The position numbers and the translations under genes are program-made. A stretch of DNA of 64,000 nt, taken from the NCBI GenBank assembly GCA_964270895.1, contig OZ185439.1, one strand, 5' to 3'. This document shows, piece after piece, positions 15,121 through 28,700 of the stretch. The stretch is from Podarcis filfolensis. Its lineage: Eukaryota. The notes under the pieces were generated by a model, which saw only the letters and a list, made by a program, of their open reading frames with translations, did no database searches and was not told the origin of the DNA. Every line of letters starts with the position of its first letter. The stretch's first letter is position 1.

Positions 15121-18100
15121 GGGGGAATAGAATGCACTTATAGAAGGAGGGGGGATCGGAATAGAAGGGATTCAGAGAGAGAGAAATCTGCTACAAGGGC
15201 TTATGGCGTCATGGGGTTGAAGAAAAGCATTCTTCACCCGGAGAAATGTACTTTGTTTAGTTATCCTACGTTATTGAACGTTAAAACCATGGAACTGTCC
15301 GACATGAATGAGTTCCTGTACCCACCCTGTGTGATATAGCTAGTGTCAGCATCTTATGTGCCCCATAACACAATACAAAAGACAAGAAGTATATATTTTC
15401 TCCTATTAAGTGTGACATTTTATTTTCCACAGCGACCCTTGTTGCTATGGGTGAAGTATTGCTGCCTGTAGTACTTGTTCATTGCTGGTTAAGTTGGAAT
15501 AAGTAATAGTTGTGGAAGGATACTTGTGCAAACTTTGATACCAAGCCAGTGAGTAGCTATCTAAAGCCGTGGCCAGCCTGTTGTGGATTAATCTCCTTTC
15601 TGGATTGCCTGGAAACAACTTGGCTTGTCATTTGCGACTCTCTTGGTAGGCCTTATAGGGACAGAAACCTCATAGCAATCCGTTATGAAGTGTGTTCCCT
15701 CCCCAGTGTTGATTGAAGGTTTGTCTTTCCCTTACAGAAAACAGTAACCTGACTGTGGATGCTCTGAAACTGCACAATGAACTGCAGTCATCAGGACCCC
15801 TGCCTGCCTCACGGGATGGGGAAGGGAGTCAGCTGTGCATAGAGGAGGATGACAGTGCCAAAACTGCTAAGACCCACAGATCTTCAGCCACCTTCCTGAG
15901 TGGACTGAGTGACTGCACCAGCCTCACCTTCGGTAAAGTGCAACGTTTCTGGGAGTCCAACTCTGCTGCTCACAAGGAGGTATTTGAATGCCAACTCCTA
16001 GGAAGTCACAAGGGCAGTGAAAGGGGGGGCATAGAATATTGGGGGAAAGCACACAGAGGAAAAAGTCAGTTTTTGACTGTAAGAGGAGATGGAGTGGAAG
16101 AGAGGCCAGAAGAGAAGAAAGTGGGTAAACAATACATTAGAAGGAACGGAGAAAAGTGGACACCAAGCAACCAAAGTGATAGACTAAAAGAAGTAACAGC
16201 AGTCAACTGACAGTGTGTCACTAAAGCAGCAGTTATGTTGTTAGCTCATTGTTAACTGTCCTAAAGCTACAATATTAATAAGTAATACAGTGGTACCTCG
16301 GGTTATAGACGCTTCAGGTTACAGACTCCGCTAACCCAGAAATAGTACCTCAGGTTAAGAACTTTGCTTCAGGATGAGAACAGAAATTGTGCGGCGGCGG
16401 AAGGCCCAATTATCTAAAGTGGTACCTCAGGTTAAGAACAGCCCTCCGGAACGAATTAAGTTCTTAACCTGAGGTACCACTGTAATCATATTCATAAGAG
16501 TTGCCAGTCTTCCTCTCTCCGTTCGTAACTGAGAACTGTGTGCACTATATTTGTTATTCAGGATTGAACAGTTTGTAGTTGATGGCTGTCTAGTAAAAAT
16601 GTAAGAGATGGATCCTCAGAGGCACATTATGAATCCACTGGCTTCTTGCTACATATTGGGGGCACTTTGATTCCTTCATTGTTCTGAGGGAAATGGAGAA
16701 AGAATTGCTATGCCGTTTTGGAGATTTAAAGCAGAACTTGAATTCATACTTAGATTGCAAGAATGAGAAAAGTGGGCATTGTGCCTCTGTCTCCAGATTG
16801 AAGGAGCAAGTGAAATGAATGTCAATCTACCGCTCTTCTCCCTGGATCTCTAGTTCAGACACAACCCTCCTACTCTCATGTCAGCTCAAGAGCCCAGCAC
16901 AGGGGTTATAGATAGCTGGTCTGCTCTTCCAGCTATTTGCTTATCTGTGTTGAAGTCATGCTGACCAATAATCAGTGGTGGAGTTTTCAGTCTCTCCAGG
17001 AAGCATTCATAGGGATGGACAACAATACTTACATGTAGGCGTTGGGGTGGCATGTTATGAGGGAATGTTAAATTAATTAGGTGGGCTTTAATCTGAACTC
17101 TCACATTTGGATTCTTTGTTAGATATGTGCGGTATTGGCTGCTGTCACCGAGGTGATCCGAGCACAGGGTGGCGTAGAGAGCGAGACAGAGTATTTTGGT
17201 GCATTGGTAAGTACCAGTACTGTGAAATGAGGCAGGCAGGAGCTACCTGGAGGTTTCAGGTCACTGATATGTACAGTTGAGTGTGGTTACCAACAACTGC
17301 TGTGATCGCAGTACCCATCAATAATCCCAATAAACAAACAGACTTGACCGTCTTAGGGCAAATAGCAGACAGGAAGTAATGGCAAGACCTTGCAAATAAT
17401 GGCAAGACCTTGTAGCATTTGCATGAACAGTTTGTCTTGCTTCCCTTCATGCTTTTTACTTATTTATTTTATTACTACGTTTACATCTTGCCCTTCAAGG
17501 AAAATTTCCAGGGAAGCTTACATAAAATTCAGTAAGCACAACCAACACCAATCCCACTGGATGAAACAATTCCAAACACCAGTCGGAGTGATGGTGGTGA
17601 GATAAGGCTCCACTTGATATGCCCTCAGCCTAGGGAACAGGGAAATAAACCACTAAGAAAATTGCAAAATTCTGCATCCATAGCCCACCCATGGTAGCAA
17701 CTGCAGAGGGAGCCAATGAACTCATGATAACAATTGAGCCCCACAACACAGCCCTCGTCTATATTTCTGACACTCATATACTGGTTGTGGCGTGCTATGA
17801 TTGGGTGCTCCTTGCAGCATATCCTGCATTTTATCATAACAATATGGGAGGTGGGGGAAGATTGTCACATGAGCCAGCATATGTCCAGGTTGTTGTTGCC
17901 ATTATTATTATTAAAATTTGGATACTGCCCTTCATCTGAAGATCTCAGGGTGGTTCATAGCGTAAAAATACAGAATAAAACCACAAAGTACATAATAGAA
18001 ACAGCATAAGAGCAAAAACAAACCAATAACCTAAAGGTGCTCCGTTAGACTTCAAGATGCAATCCCAGGGAGTCCAACATCCTTTCTGATTACCTCCTGC

Positions 18101-21100
18101 ACCATACTATGTCTCCTTAGATGACTACTCTGGAAGCTGTGGAATCTCCAGAGTCCCTGGCTGCTGTTGCTTACCTGCTGAATCTGGTGTTGAAGAGGTG
18201 AGTTCTAAGAACATGAGAAAAGTACTTCTGGACCAGACCAGTGGCCCACATCAGGATGCTTTAGAAAACGATTAGAAGAACTGAGGATGCAAGCATAACC
18301 TTCAATGCTATCTTGACTATTTCCCGGACAAAGACTGATCTGGATGTAGCTATTGAATGTGTTGGGCCCTGTTGTGAATCCATTTACACTCTTGACCTCT
18401 TTTTTCTTTTATTTTGGCAATGAGTCCCCAAGATAAATATCCTTCCTCTTTGTGTTGCTGTTTCTGTTTAATTGATTGACACATTCATATGATGTGTTAC
18501 TGAAATAAAAGTCCCCTAGCAATTTTTTGCACCTGTCCTTTTAAACTGTCCTTAATGCTAAAAAATCCTGAATCTATTAGACATTCATTTTCTGGTATCT
18601 TTTATGCAGTCCTGATCACTCAAGCACTTCTTTGTACATTTACCACTTCACTATATCTCTGTTTAGATAAGATGACCCGAATTGCCCACCATGATCCAAG
18701 TATGGATGTTGTTGCTCTTACACTTGACAATGGATAACTGTGCAAATGATGAAGTGCAAGAGCTGGTCTGGGCCTTTGGTGACTCTCTTGTCTTTTGAAA
18801 CAGAGTGGATGATTCATGTACTGGGAGATTAGAAGTATAAGGTGCTACCAAACTAAGCCTAGCTGCAAGAGAGTAAAGTTCCTTGGAAGCAAAGGGTAGT
18901 GGAATATAGTCATACCTTGGATCTTGAACACCTTGGCTCCCAAACAAATTGGCTCCTGAATGATTGAAACCCGGAAGTGAGTGTTCTGGTTTTCAAACAT
19001 TCTTTTCAAACATTCAAACATTCCGTGGCTTCCGATTGGCTGCAGGAGCTTCCTGCAGCCAATCAGAAGCCGCACTTTGGTTTCCGAACATTTTGGAAGT
19101 TGAACAGACTTCTGTAATGGATTCTGTTCGACTTCCAAGGTATGACTGTACTTGCTATTGTTTCTGCCTCACATTGATGCCTCCTTGTATCTCTTAACTC
19201 CCAAATAGGGTACCAGGTCCTGTGCTGATCAAGAAGTTCTCTGATACATCAAAGGCCTTTATGGGGATCTTAGGCTCCCAAGCCTGTGGAGACTCCACCT
19301 CGGCCCTGCGCTGGGTAAGTGTTTCAGGAGAGGACTAACTGTGGGGCAGGAGGGACATCTGGATATTGGGTGTGGACAGCTGTTGTGATTAATGGAATCC
19401 TTTATGTAGTGTGATGTGCACTTGTGATTGTATTGTGAAATCCCTTTGAGATGCTTCATGGGAAATAATGCAGAAATGAAATATAAATAAATAAAAAATG
19501 CATGTCCAGGAGTCAGGGGCCATTCTGCATAGCTTCTTGGTTTATTGCTTCTCACAACCACTCCCACAAGCAAGGTGTGTGGAGCAGTGCTGGGTTGAAT
19601 GAATCCTGTTAATAGGCTCAAAGATAAAAGGCGTAGGTAGTGTTGTCAGATGCATCAGAAATTTTAAACTGAACCCCTGGCTTAAGGGCTCACTAGTGTA
19701 TATGCAAGGGTGTTTCTTGGCATAGTGATAGCACTCTATATGTCCATCCTTAATCTGTCTGCTTCAGGTGCTCTCCTGCCTAGCTACATTGCTGCGAAGA
19801 CAGAACCTGGTAGCTTGGAATTACCCTGTGACGATGCAAGTTTTTCATGGCATTCTCAGCTTTACTGTCCATGTCAAGCCCAAGGTGAGTTCACATCACC
19901 TACCCTGCTCAGCACAAACCAGTCAGTTTCACTGCACTTGGCAGCATGCACCCCAGCGCTGCCACAGTAACTTTCGCTTTTGTTTCGTCTGTTAAATGTA
20001 TGTCCCACTTTTCCATGTGGAATGCCCATGGGGGCTAACAATAAAGTGTAATAAGAGATGTAGCTCATTTCCAGTATGTAACTGCTTGGAGTTGGGCATG
20101 AAGTAAACAGCCCAGCTCACCACCCTCTCTCCCTCCCCTTTCCTCGGTTGCAGGTTCGCAAGGCTGCTCAGCATGGCGTTTGCTCCATCCTGAGAGGTAG
20201 CGAATTCCTCTTTGGGGATGGGGCTCCCTCGCATCACCCAGCTGCATCTTCTGCTGCCAAGTTCTGCGTGCAAGAGATTGAGAAAGCTGGAGGTACTGGA
20301 GACGGGAGATTCATAAGTTGTGTTTTATTAACATTTGCAAGCTGCTCTGGGACAGATCTCCCTGAAGGGTGGGCTGTGAGTTTTATAATAATAAACTGTG
20401 TTGGAGAAGGTAGCAGTGCTAGACCTCTTTGGTTTTCCAGGTGCCAAAGAGGCCACAACCACTCTTCATGTACTCACTCTGCTGCGTGACTTGCTGCCCT
20501 GCCTGCCTGCCCCATCTGTCAAATCTTGCTGCGAGACCCTCCTTCGAGTTATGACCCTCAGCCATGTGGTGAGCTCTCTTCTGTTGGTTATCAGTGGCTC
20601 TGTGGCGCTGCCTTTGCTCTGGGGATGTCACACCGCCCAGTGGGGAGAGCCAACATGCTTCAGTAAGAATGAAAGCATGAATAGTCTTTGTTTGTTACCA
20701 ATGGGGGCTTGGTATGAATTACCGATGTACCTAAAGTCCCTCTTGAGGATGGGAAATAATTGCCCTGTCACTTTAGGAGGGACACTTCATTACCATATTT
20801 GGCACACTGGCTTTTGTGGGGGAGCCAGTGTAGCTGGTGCTTCTAAAAGAACTTATTTTTACACATCTTCTCTCCACCCCCCCCCCCCAGCTAGTGACAG
20901 CATGTGCTATGAAAGCTTTCCACAGCCTTTTCGTTGCCCAGCCGCCCCCATCCTGCCTGCCAGCTGAACTCAATGCCCAGATCATCATGGTGAGTACTGT
21001 AAGAGTCAGACTAGATGAGTGGGAGGTGCATAACCAGCCCTGGGGGCTCAAATATTTAGTTATTCCTTTTGGTACATATATATCCTACTTTTCAAGGCAA

Positions 21101-24100
21101 AAACCCTTCTCAAAGCAATTCACGAGCTAGTATTAATACAACTTTAAAACAATGCAGATTCAGTAAACAACCAATAACGCTATCTATTCTGCTTTACCAG
21201 GCCCTATATGACTATTTACCCAGTGAAAATGACCTGCAGCCTCTGCTGGCCTGGCTATCTGTCATGGAGCGGGCACATGTCAATCTGGCAAAGTAAGGAG
21301 GAGAGTAGTGGGGAAGATGGATGGGTGGTGTTGGGTCTACTCCCCAGCTGGTCCATAACAAAAGGTCTCTCCATTCTCTAGGCTGCAGTGGGATCTGTGC
21401 TGGGCTCACCTTTCCCGCCTCTTCAGTGCGGCAATGAACTGCTTCCTTTCTCCTCACACACAGGTGGCGGCGGCTGCTGCTCAAACCCTAAAGGTACTGT
21501 CCTATCTTTACTCCCACGTGTACCATGTAGGGCTGTCAAGAATTGCGTGCTGCCGAAATAAAGATTTGTTTGGCATTTCAGTGAAAGTAAGCAGCCCCAC
21601 TCTCCCCAAAAGTCCTCTTTGTGAATAGACACCTACAGAGAACTTTTGCATTGCCAGCTTCAGTTCAACCCTATGATGTAACAGGATACTTGGACCTACA
21701 GCCATCTTGCTGCAAGCACTGATTGGCACTCACCGAAAGCCTGCTTAAAGCAGGCATCGGCTGTGCTGGTGGGGAACTCCTTAGCACAGTCCATCACTGC
21801 AAGCTTGCTGTATAGCCAGTCAGCAAGGAATAACTGGAGCACTTTAATGCTCCTGATTGTTTGGCATCTATGTCACCATGTGGGTAAGAGGGCATGGTTT
21901 GAGGAAAACTGCCTTGTGGCCCAATTGGGACACATGATGGACTTTGCCCACCCCTGCTGTAAGGAGAGTGGGCTAGTGCTAAAGCTCTGTGTGTGTTTGT
22001 CTCTTGTTGTAGGTCTTGCTCAATGAATGCGTGGCCCCCCACATGGCAGAGCTGGGGCTGGTTTCCTCTGCCACCCCCTCTGGACCGGCTGCTCACGTCT
22101 GCAAGATGTTCAGGTAGCAGAAGTGGCCCAGTGGGTTGAGGGAAAGAGGTCAAAATCCTGGTTTTGAAAGGCTGCGTGTTGAATAGCTATTTGCTTTTCT
22201 CCTTGCAGGGCAGTGGAAGAGGGCTTGACATACCGGTTCCATGCGGCATGGGCCTCCGTGTTGCAGGTTCTGAAGACTTTCTTTGAAGTGTGTGGGCATC
22301 AGTGCCATCTCGCCATGTGTAAGGTAAAGGAGTTTCTGTGGTGACTGAGCCCTGTTCCACAAGAGACAAGAAGGGATCCCCATGGCAAAAGAACAGTTGG
22401 ACACTGAGGCCTTGCAAACTTCTGAGATGCATTGTTGCTAAACTTTTCTAGAGCTCTTAGGATCGTGAGCTGGAGTTTCGTGGATGCATAAATGTGTGTT
22501 ATACAGTGGATATAAAGAAGTCAGTGATAGGAGTCATCATAAGAGGCTAGGCTGTTTTATAACACATGCTTACTTGTGTGATGCTCTCTTTCGTTTTCCT
22601 TTTTCTGCAGTGCTTACAGTCCTTAGCTGACCTGCGTGGTTCCCCACACTTTCCTCACACTGTGCTTCTCGACCAGACTCTAGGGGCTGCAGTGACCGCT
22701 ATGGGCCCCGAGGTTGTTCTGCAGGCTGTACCCCTAGATATTGATGGCACAGAGTGAGTATAATCTCTGCCTTTCTGGGTTTCTGATGTTTCTATCCCTT
22801 CCCATAAGACAAGCCCAGCTGGATCAAGCCATCTAGTTCAACATCCTATTCTCACAGTGGCCATAGGCAGATTCAAATCGGATTTCACTACCACCTGAAT
22901 GGGATAGAAATGTGACTGTCTGAATGGGCATCTGCATCAGGGTTCATATGAAAAGAAAAGTTGGGATCTCATATTCTTCCCATAATTAGGAACACTGTTG
23001 CATGTTGCAAACTCTTGTTTAGAAGGGGTTAGCAAAATCACATTTGAATCTGCCTTTGCCATTTAGTTAGATGCTCCAAGAACATAAATTCTTGGACAGG
23101 ACTGTAGGCTGAGCTGGGTGTTTACTACTTGGGGCTTTCACACCTCCACTATCTTACGGCATTGTTGTAGCTGAAAGTACTCCCAAAGGAACATCGGCAC
23201 CAAAATCCAACATAACCCACATATATTGCTTCCCCAATCCTCTTAATTTTGTCATTTGTTCTCTCTTCTGCTTCCTCCACAAGGGAGACACTGGATTTCC
23301 CCCGTAGCTGGCTCCTTCCTGTACTCCGAGACAGTATCCGAGATGCACCCCTTGCCTTCTTCTCCAGTTACTTCCTGCCACTGGCTGCCACTCTAAAACA
23401 CAGAGGTAACTGACAGTGTAGATGGGCAAGACCATGAGCACGTACCAGCAGACCTGAGTGTTGGACCTTAAAAGAGCACGACAACAGCTCCATCTCTAGG
23501 GTTTAAGATTGCAGTAGAGCTGTGGTACATTCCGCCTGGAGAATCCATCAGAAAATCTACCATACCAGACATCCCAAAACAAAATCCAGCTTCTAATGAG
23601 ATTTCCCCTACCCTTCAGCAAGTACCAGATTTGGGGTATTTGGGAATACAGAATGAAAAAAAATACAGATGTTAAAGCTCCACATTTGAAGTCTCCGTCT
23701 TGGGATTTAGTTATAGTCTATTGTTGCATACCAGTACTGTTTGCATTCAGCAAGCAGAAATTCTTTTTTAAAAAAATAATTTTTATTGGTTTACAACAAA
23801 AACACATAATAATTTCACATCCAATTTTTCGCAAATTATTTCTTTTCTGGACTTCCTTCAGCTTTTCCGTAAATCATCCATAGTCATTATTTAAATTACG
23901 CATTCCGTAGGTTTGTATTGTCATTGTTTAAACCTTTCTTTTTCTATTCCCTTTAAACAATACTTTTCGAATTTCACAGTGCTTCTTTAAATCCCTCTAG
24001 CGTTATTTGTCCCTCACTTATACTTTCCAGATATTCCACAAATTTTCCCCAGTCCTCGATGAACTTTTGGTCTCTTAAATATCTAATCTTCCCAGTCAAT

Positions 24101-25675
24101 TTATGCAACTCAGCATAGTCTAACAGCTTCATTCTCCATTCTTCCATCGTCGGTATTTCCTGTTGTTTCCATTTCTGGGCCAGTAACACTCTTGCAGCTG
24201 TCACTGCATATTGGAAAAATTTACAGTCCTTTCTCTTTATCTCATTTCCTAATATTCCTAACAGAAAGGCCTCTGGTTTCTTTATAAATGTATATTTTAA
24301 TATCTTCTTCAATTCATTACATATCCTTTCCCAGAAGCCTTTCACTTTCTTACATTCCCACCACATATGGTAAAAAGAACCTTCTTTATCTTTACATTTC
24401 CAACACCTATTACATGTCTTATACATTTTCGCTAATTTTACCGGTGTTATGTACCATCTGTAAAACATTTTCATAACATTTTCTTTTAACACCATACATG
24501 CTGTAAATTTTTAATTTTCTTTCCATAATCTTTCCCAATCCTCAAATTGTATGTTGTAACCAAAATCTCTGGCCCAATGTATCATTACCGACTTAACTTA
24601 TTCACCCTTCAAATTCCATTCTAGCAACAACTTATACATTTTGGATAAAATTTTAAAGTCGTTATTTATTATTTCTATCTGAAATTTTGAATCCTTGTCT
24701 GCATAACCACATTCTTTGATATCTTTCCTAAACATTTCATTTATTTGAAAATAATGCAACCAGTCATATACATGTTCTTTAACCTGTTCATATGGTTTCA
24801 TTTTCCATTTTCCTCCTCCTTTAAATAACAATTGGCCATATGTAATCCAATTACCTCTCATATTAATTCAGCAAGCAGAAATTCATCCTTTGGGTCTGCA
24901 CCAATTGTGGCTTTGGATACGGGTTAGATCTGCACAAATATATGGGTCATCTGTTGTATGGAGTGCATCATGACAGCAGTTGCCTGTTAATTTCATGAGA
25001 TTTTATATAATGTGCAAACTCCAGGTGTCCTACAGGCAGAGTGCATTGATTTTCCCCTTAGGTTAACTTCTTCATATATACTAAGCTACAGTCACAGACC
25101 TCTCTCTCTTACCTTTCTCCAGCCACAGAGCTTGACGAGGCTAAACGGAACTTAGAAGCCAAGATCTACGATACACTGCAGTGGCAGGTGAGGCAGCACC
25201 CCAACAGTTTTGCTTTGCGTGTTTTCTGCATCTAGGTCTGGCACCCTGTGCCTAAAAGGTTTGGAGAGTAACTGTGGTTTGTAACAATGCTCCTTTCTCT
25301 GTCTTTCAGATCTGGACCCTTCTGCCTGGTTTCTGCAGCCAGCCTACCGATGTGGTATCCTCCTTCAAAGGACTGGCACGTACTTTGGGCATGGCCATCA
25401 GCGATCGCCCTGATCTGCGGCTCGTTGTGTGCCAAGCTTTGCGCAGGCTAATTAACAAAGGCTGTCAAACAGGTAAGATCTGTCCGTGGAAGTGACCCTT
25501 GCTCAGTTTACTCTAGCTAAGTCACTGTGGCTGGAGCTGTTTCTGTGCTAGTTCTGCTTCTTGCTGAGGATGCAAGAGGGGAGAAAGAAGGGTAGAGTGC
25601 CTGGCAGGAGTCTTCTGCCGATTCCAACATTTTGAAGCATGCTTTACCAGCAGCATCTTTCTTTCTTTCTTTCCT

Positions 25676-25714
<39 letters not shown>

Positions 25715-28700
25715 CTCCATTCTCTATATTTGCTTCTCTTTGCAGAGGCCGAGCGTGCTGAAGTTGGGCGTTTTGCAAAGAACTTCCTGCCCATTCTATT
25801 CAATGCCTATAGCCAGGAGGGTGGTGCCAGCGAAAGCCCTGTACAGCGGCGTTCTGTGTTGGACACTATAAGGGCCTACTTGACTGTGACGGAGCCAGGG
25901 GTGAGCAAAGCTCTGTGAACAAGACCAGACTTCTGAGATCATCACTACTTGCTTTGTCATTCCACCTTTCCTCTAGAAAGTGGGAAGCCAGCAGGGTTAC
26001 TAGTTTCCAAATTCTCAGGACTTGGTTTTCAGGGCTTATTTTAAACTTTTTTTAATATTGTGTTTTAATTGTTGTAACCTGCCCTGGGACCTTGGAATGA
26101 AGGGTGAGTAATAGATTGTAATAGCAATATCAATCACCTCATGTGGGCCAGCTCTATAAGTGAACAACGTTGCTAGNNNNNNNNNNNNNNNNNNNNNNNN
26201 NNNNNNNNNNNNNNNNNNNNNNNNNNNNNNNNNNNNNNNNNNNNNNNNNNNNNNNNNNNNNNNNNNNNNNNNNNNNNNNNNNNNNNNNNNNNNNNNNNNN
26301 NNNNTGACTGGGGTGCCCCAGCCACTCTGGACAGCTTCCAACAAATTATAAAACCACAGTAAAACATCAATCCTTAAAAACTTCCCTATACTGGGCTGCT
26401 TTCAAATGTCTTCTAAAAGTCAAATAGTTGTTTATTTCCTTGATATCTGATGAGAGGGTATTCTACAGGGCTGGCACCACTACCAAGAAGGCCCTCTGCT
26501 GGTTCCCTGCAACTTCACTTCTTGCAGGGAGGGAACTGCCAGAAGGCCCTTGAAGCTGGACCTCAGACAAGGGCCATTCTCCTTATTTTAGCCTCTTAAT
26601 ATAATTGATATATTTTTGTAGTGATAAAACAGGATGGATGGATGGGCAACAGTCTATACACATAAAATACATTTTCTTTTTCTGTTGTAAATCCCACATA
26701 TTAATATAAAAGCAGATGGGTGGATGTGCAGAACACTGACTATCAGCTCAAAATGAAAAGCCCTTTGCTAGAAAGGCTTCTCATCTGCCGCTTTGGAATG
26801 TTCACTCTTCAAGGTCATAGCAGAGAACTGAAAGACTGCAGTGTTTGCTAGTATGGCTTCCAAAAGCACAAATCAAAATATTGTTTAACCCTGAAGTGTT
26901 CACGCAGGAGGTTTTATAGTTGAGTTCTCTTAGGCCTTGTCAGATCCAATATGGTTGCACTTCTTCTTGCTTCAGACCAACTGGATACAAGCTGGTCACA
27001 TCTCTAAGGTCTGCCAGTGCTAGGAGAGAGAGGGGGGCAGGTGTCTGTAGCTGGGTGGATCTCAAACATGGGGGGGAGGCCTTTCCCCATTAGGGCTAGG
27101 AGAATGGGGCTCTGACTGCTGACACCTACAAAAACTGAGGCTGCTCAGTTCAGTGGTTTTTGTTGGGGCAGGGTGCTACTGTTATTGATACTGATTTTTT
27201 TTGTATCCTTTTAAAGATTTTATAATAGCATTTATGTGGAAATTGTTCAATTTGTGTACTTTTTGATGTTTTATTTATTGTTTATGACTGCGTTTGGTTA
27301 TGTTTGTAATTATGTGTTTCCCCATGCTATGAGCTGCCTTGCGCATGTTTTGAACTATGGAAAGACAGCATACAAATATAACAATGTATGTGTGGTGCAA
27401 AAGGAAAGCTCTGGGGATGACACTCTCTTTATCTCTATTGCAGATGGTGCATGCTTTCCTAGAGAAAGCTAGTGAAAAACTGACCAGCTCTGATAGTTCA
27501 GAGTTCACTAGGTAAGGACACTCCAGAGTTTGGATCCGTCTTTTTCCATACAGTGGAGAAGAGTATCCTCAGATGGGTTACCCACTTTTCTGTTACATAA
27601 AGGTAAAAAGGGACCCCTGACCATTAGGTCCAGTCGTGGCCGACTCTGGGTTTGCGGTGCTCATCTCACTTTATTGGCCAAGGGAGCCAGCATACAGCTT
27701 TCCGGTCATGTGGCCAGCATGACTAAGCCGCTTCTGGCGAACCAGAGCAGCGCACGGAAACACCGTTTACCTTCCCGCCGGAGCGGTACCTATTTATCTA
27801 CTTGCACTTTGACGTGCTTTTGAACTGCTAGGTTGGCAGGAGCAGGGACTGAACAACGGGAGCTCACTCCGTTGCGGGGATTCGAACTGCCGACCTTCTG
27901 ATCAGCAAATCCTAGGCTCTGTGGTTTATCCCACAGCGCCAGTCGAGTCCTTTTCTGTTACACAGGCCTATGTAAATCAGTATTGTTTTCATCTTTCTGT
28001 GGAGTAAGCCCCTCTCTGTCCCACTCCTCTTTAAGCTCCAGAGCACCTCATTGGAGGCCTGATTTTTTCCTTTGTTCCTCCCAGGTGCTCCCCTCTCCCT
28101 GCAAGTCAGAGAAGGCAGAGAGAGTGGGATGCACTTGGCCCTAGTAATTGTGGAATCTGGTAGGTTTGCATTAATAAGTAGTTGGCTTTGTACTATTCCC
28201 AGGGAGAAGCAGAGTCCTAAAGATTAGCTTTTGTGTTCACGCTTGCTAACTGTGCCTTCCCTGTTGCAGGCTTTCTGTGTTGGACCTTGTTGTAGCCATG
28301 GCCCCTTACGCAGATGAGCCATCTCTGCATGATCTCTATAGCACCATCCAGTCCTCCTTACAGGTGAGCTGCCTTTCAGTTGGCTGTTGGAGTGTATGCT
28401 GTGGCACATTGCAAGCTCCAGGCCTGCTAGCTTTGACCACCATGATCCCTGCTCTTCCTGAGAGTGCTATATTGACATCCTTAAAATCAGTTTAGCTATT
28501 ACATTTAGGGAGACAGTGTCTCAATCTGTTCAGAAGGAGGCTGCAGAGTTGTTTGACCTTATCCTTTTTACTTGGCTTCTGCTCCCCAAAGTTGTGTGGA
28601 AGCAGTAAGGCATGTTTGTCTATGATCCATTGCTATCCTGGTCAGGCATAATCTGTCTGCTTTGGGCAACCCTATGGTCCTTGTTTCATGTTGAGTGCCT

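Noticed and set aside
17377-17415. Short local duplications (taatggcaagaccttg twice; also tagcatctgccacaca twice at about 11986-12020)
   Set aside because: Ordinary slippage duplications in intronic or spacer DNA.
23281-23283. AAG acceptors (RRP12 exon 15; ARHGAP19 exon 7 at 53703-53705)
   Set aside because: They are uncommon but known, and both keep frame and orthologous sequence.
26177-26304. Possible hidden RRP12 exon in the N gap
   Set aside because: Exons 18 and 19 join in frame and the protein is continuous with the remembered orthologue.
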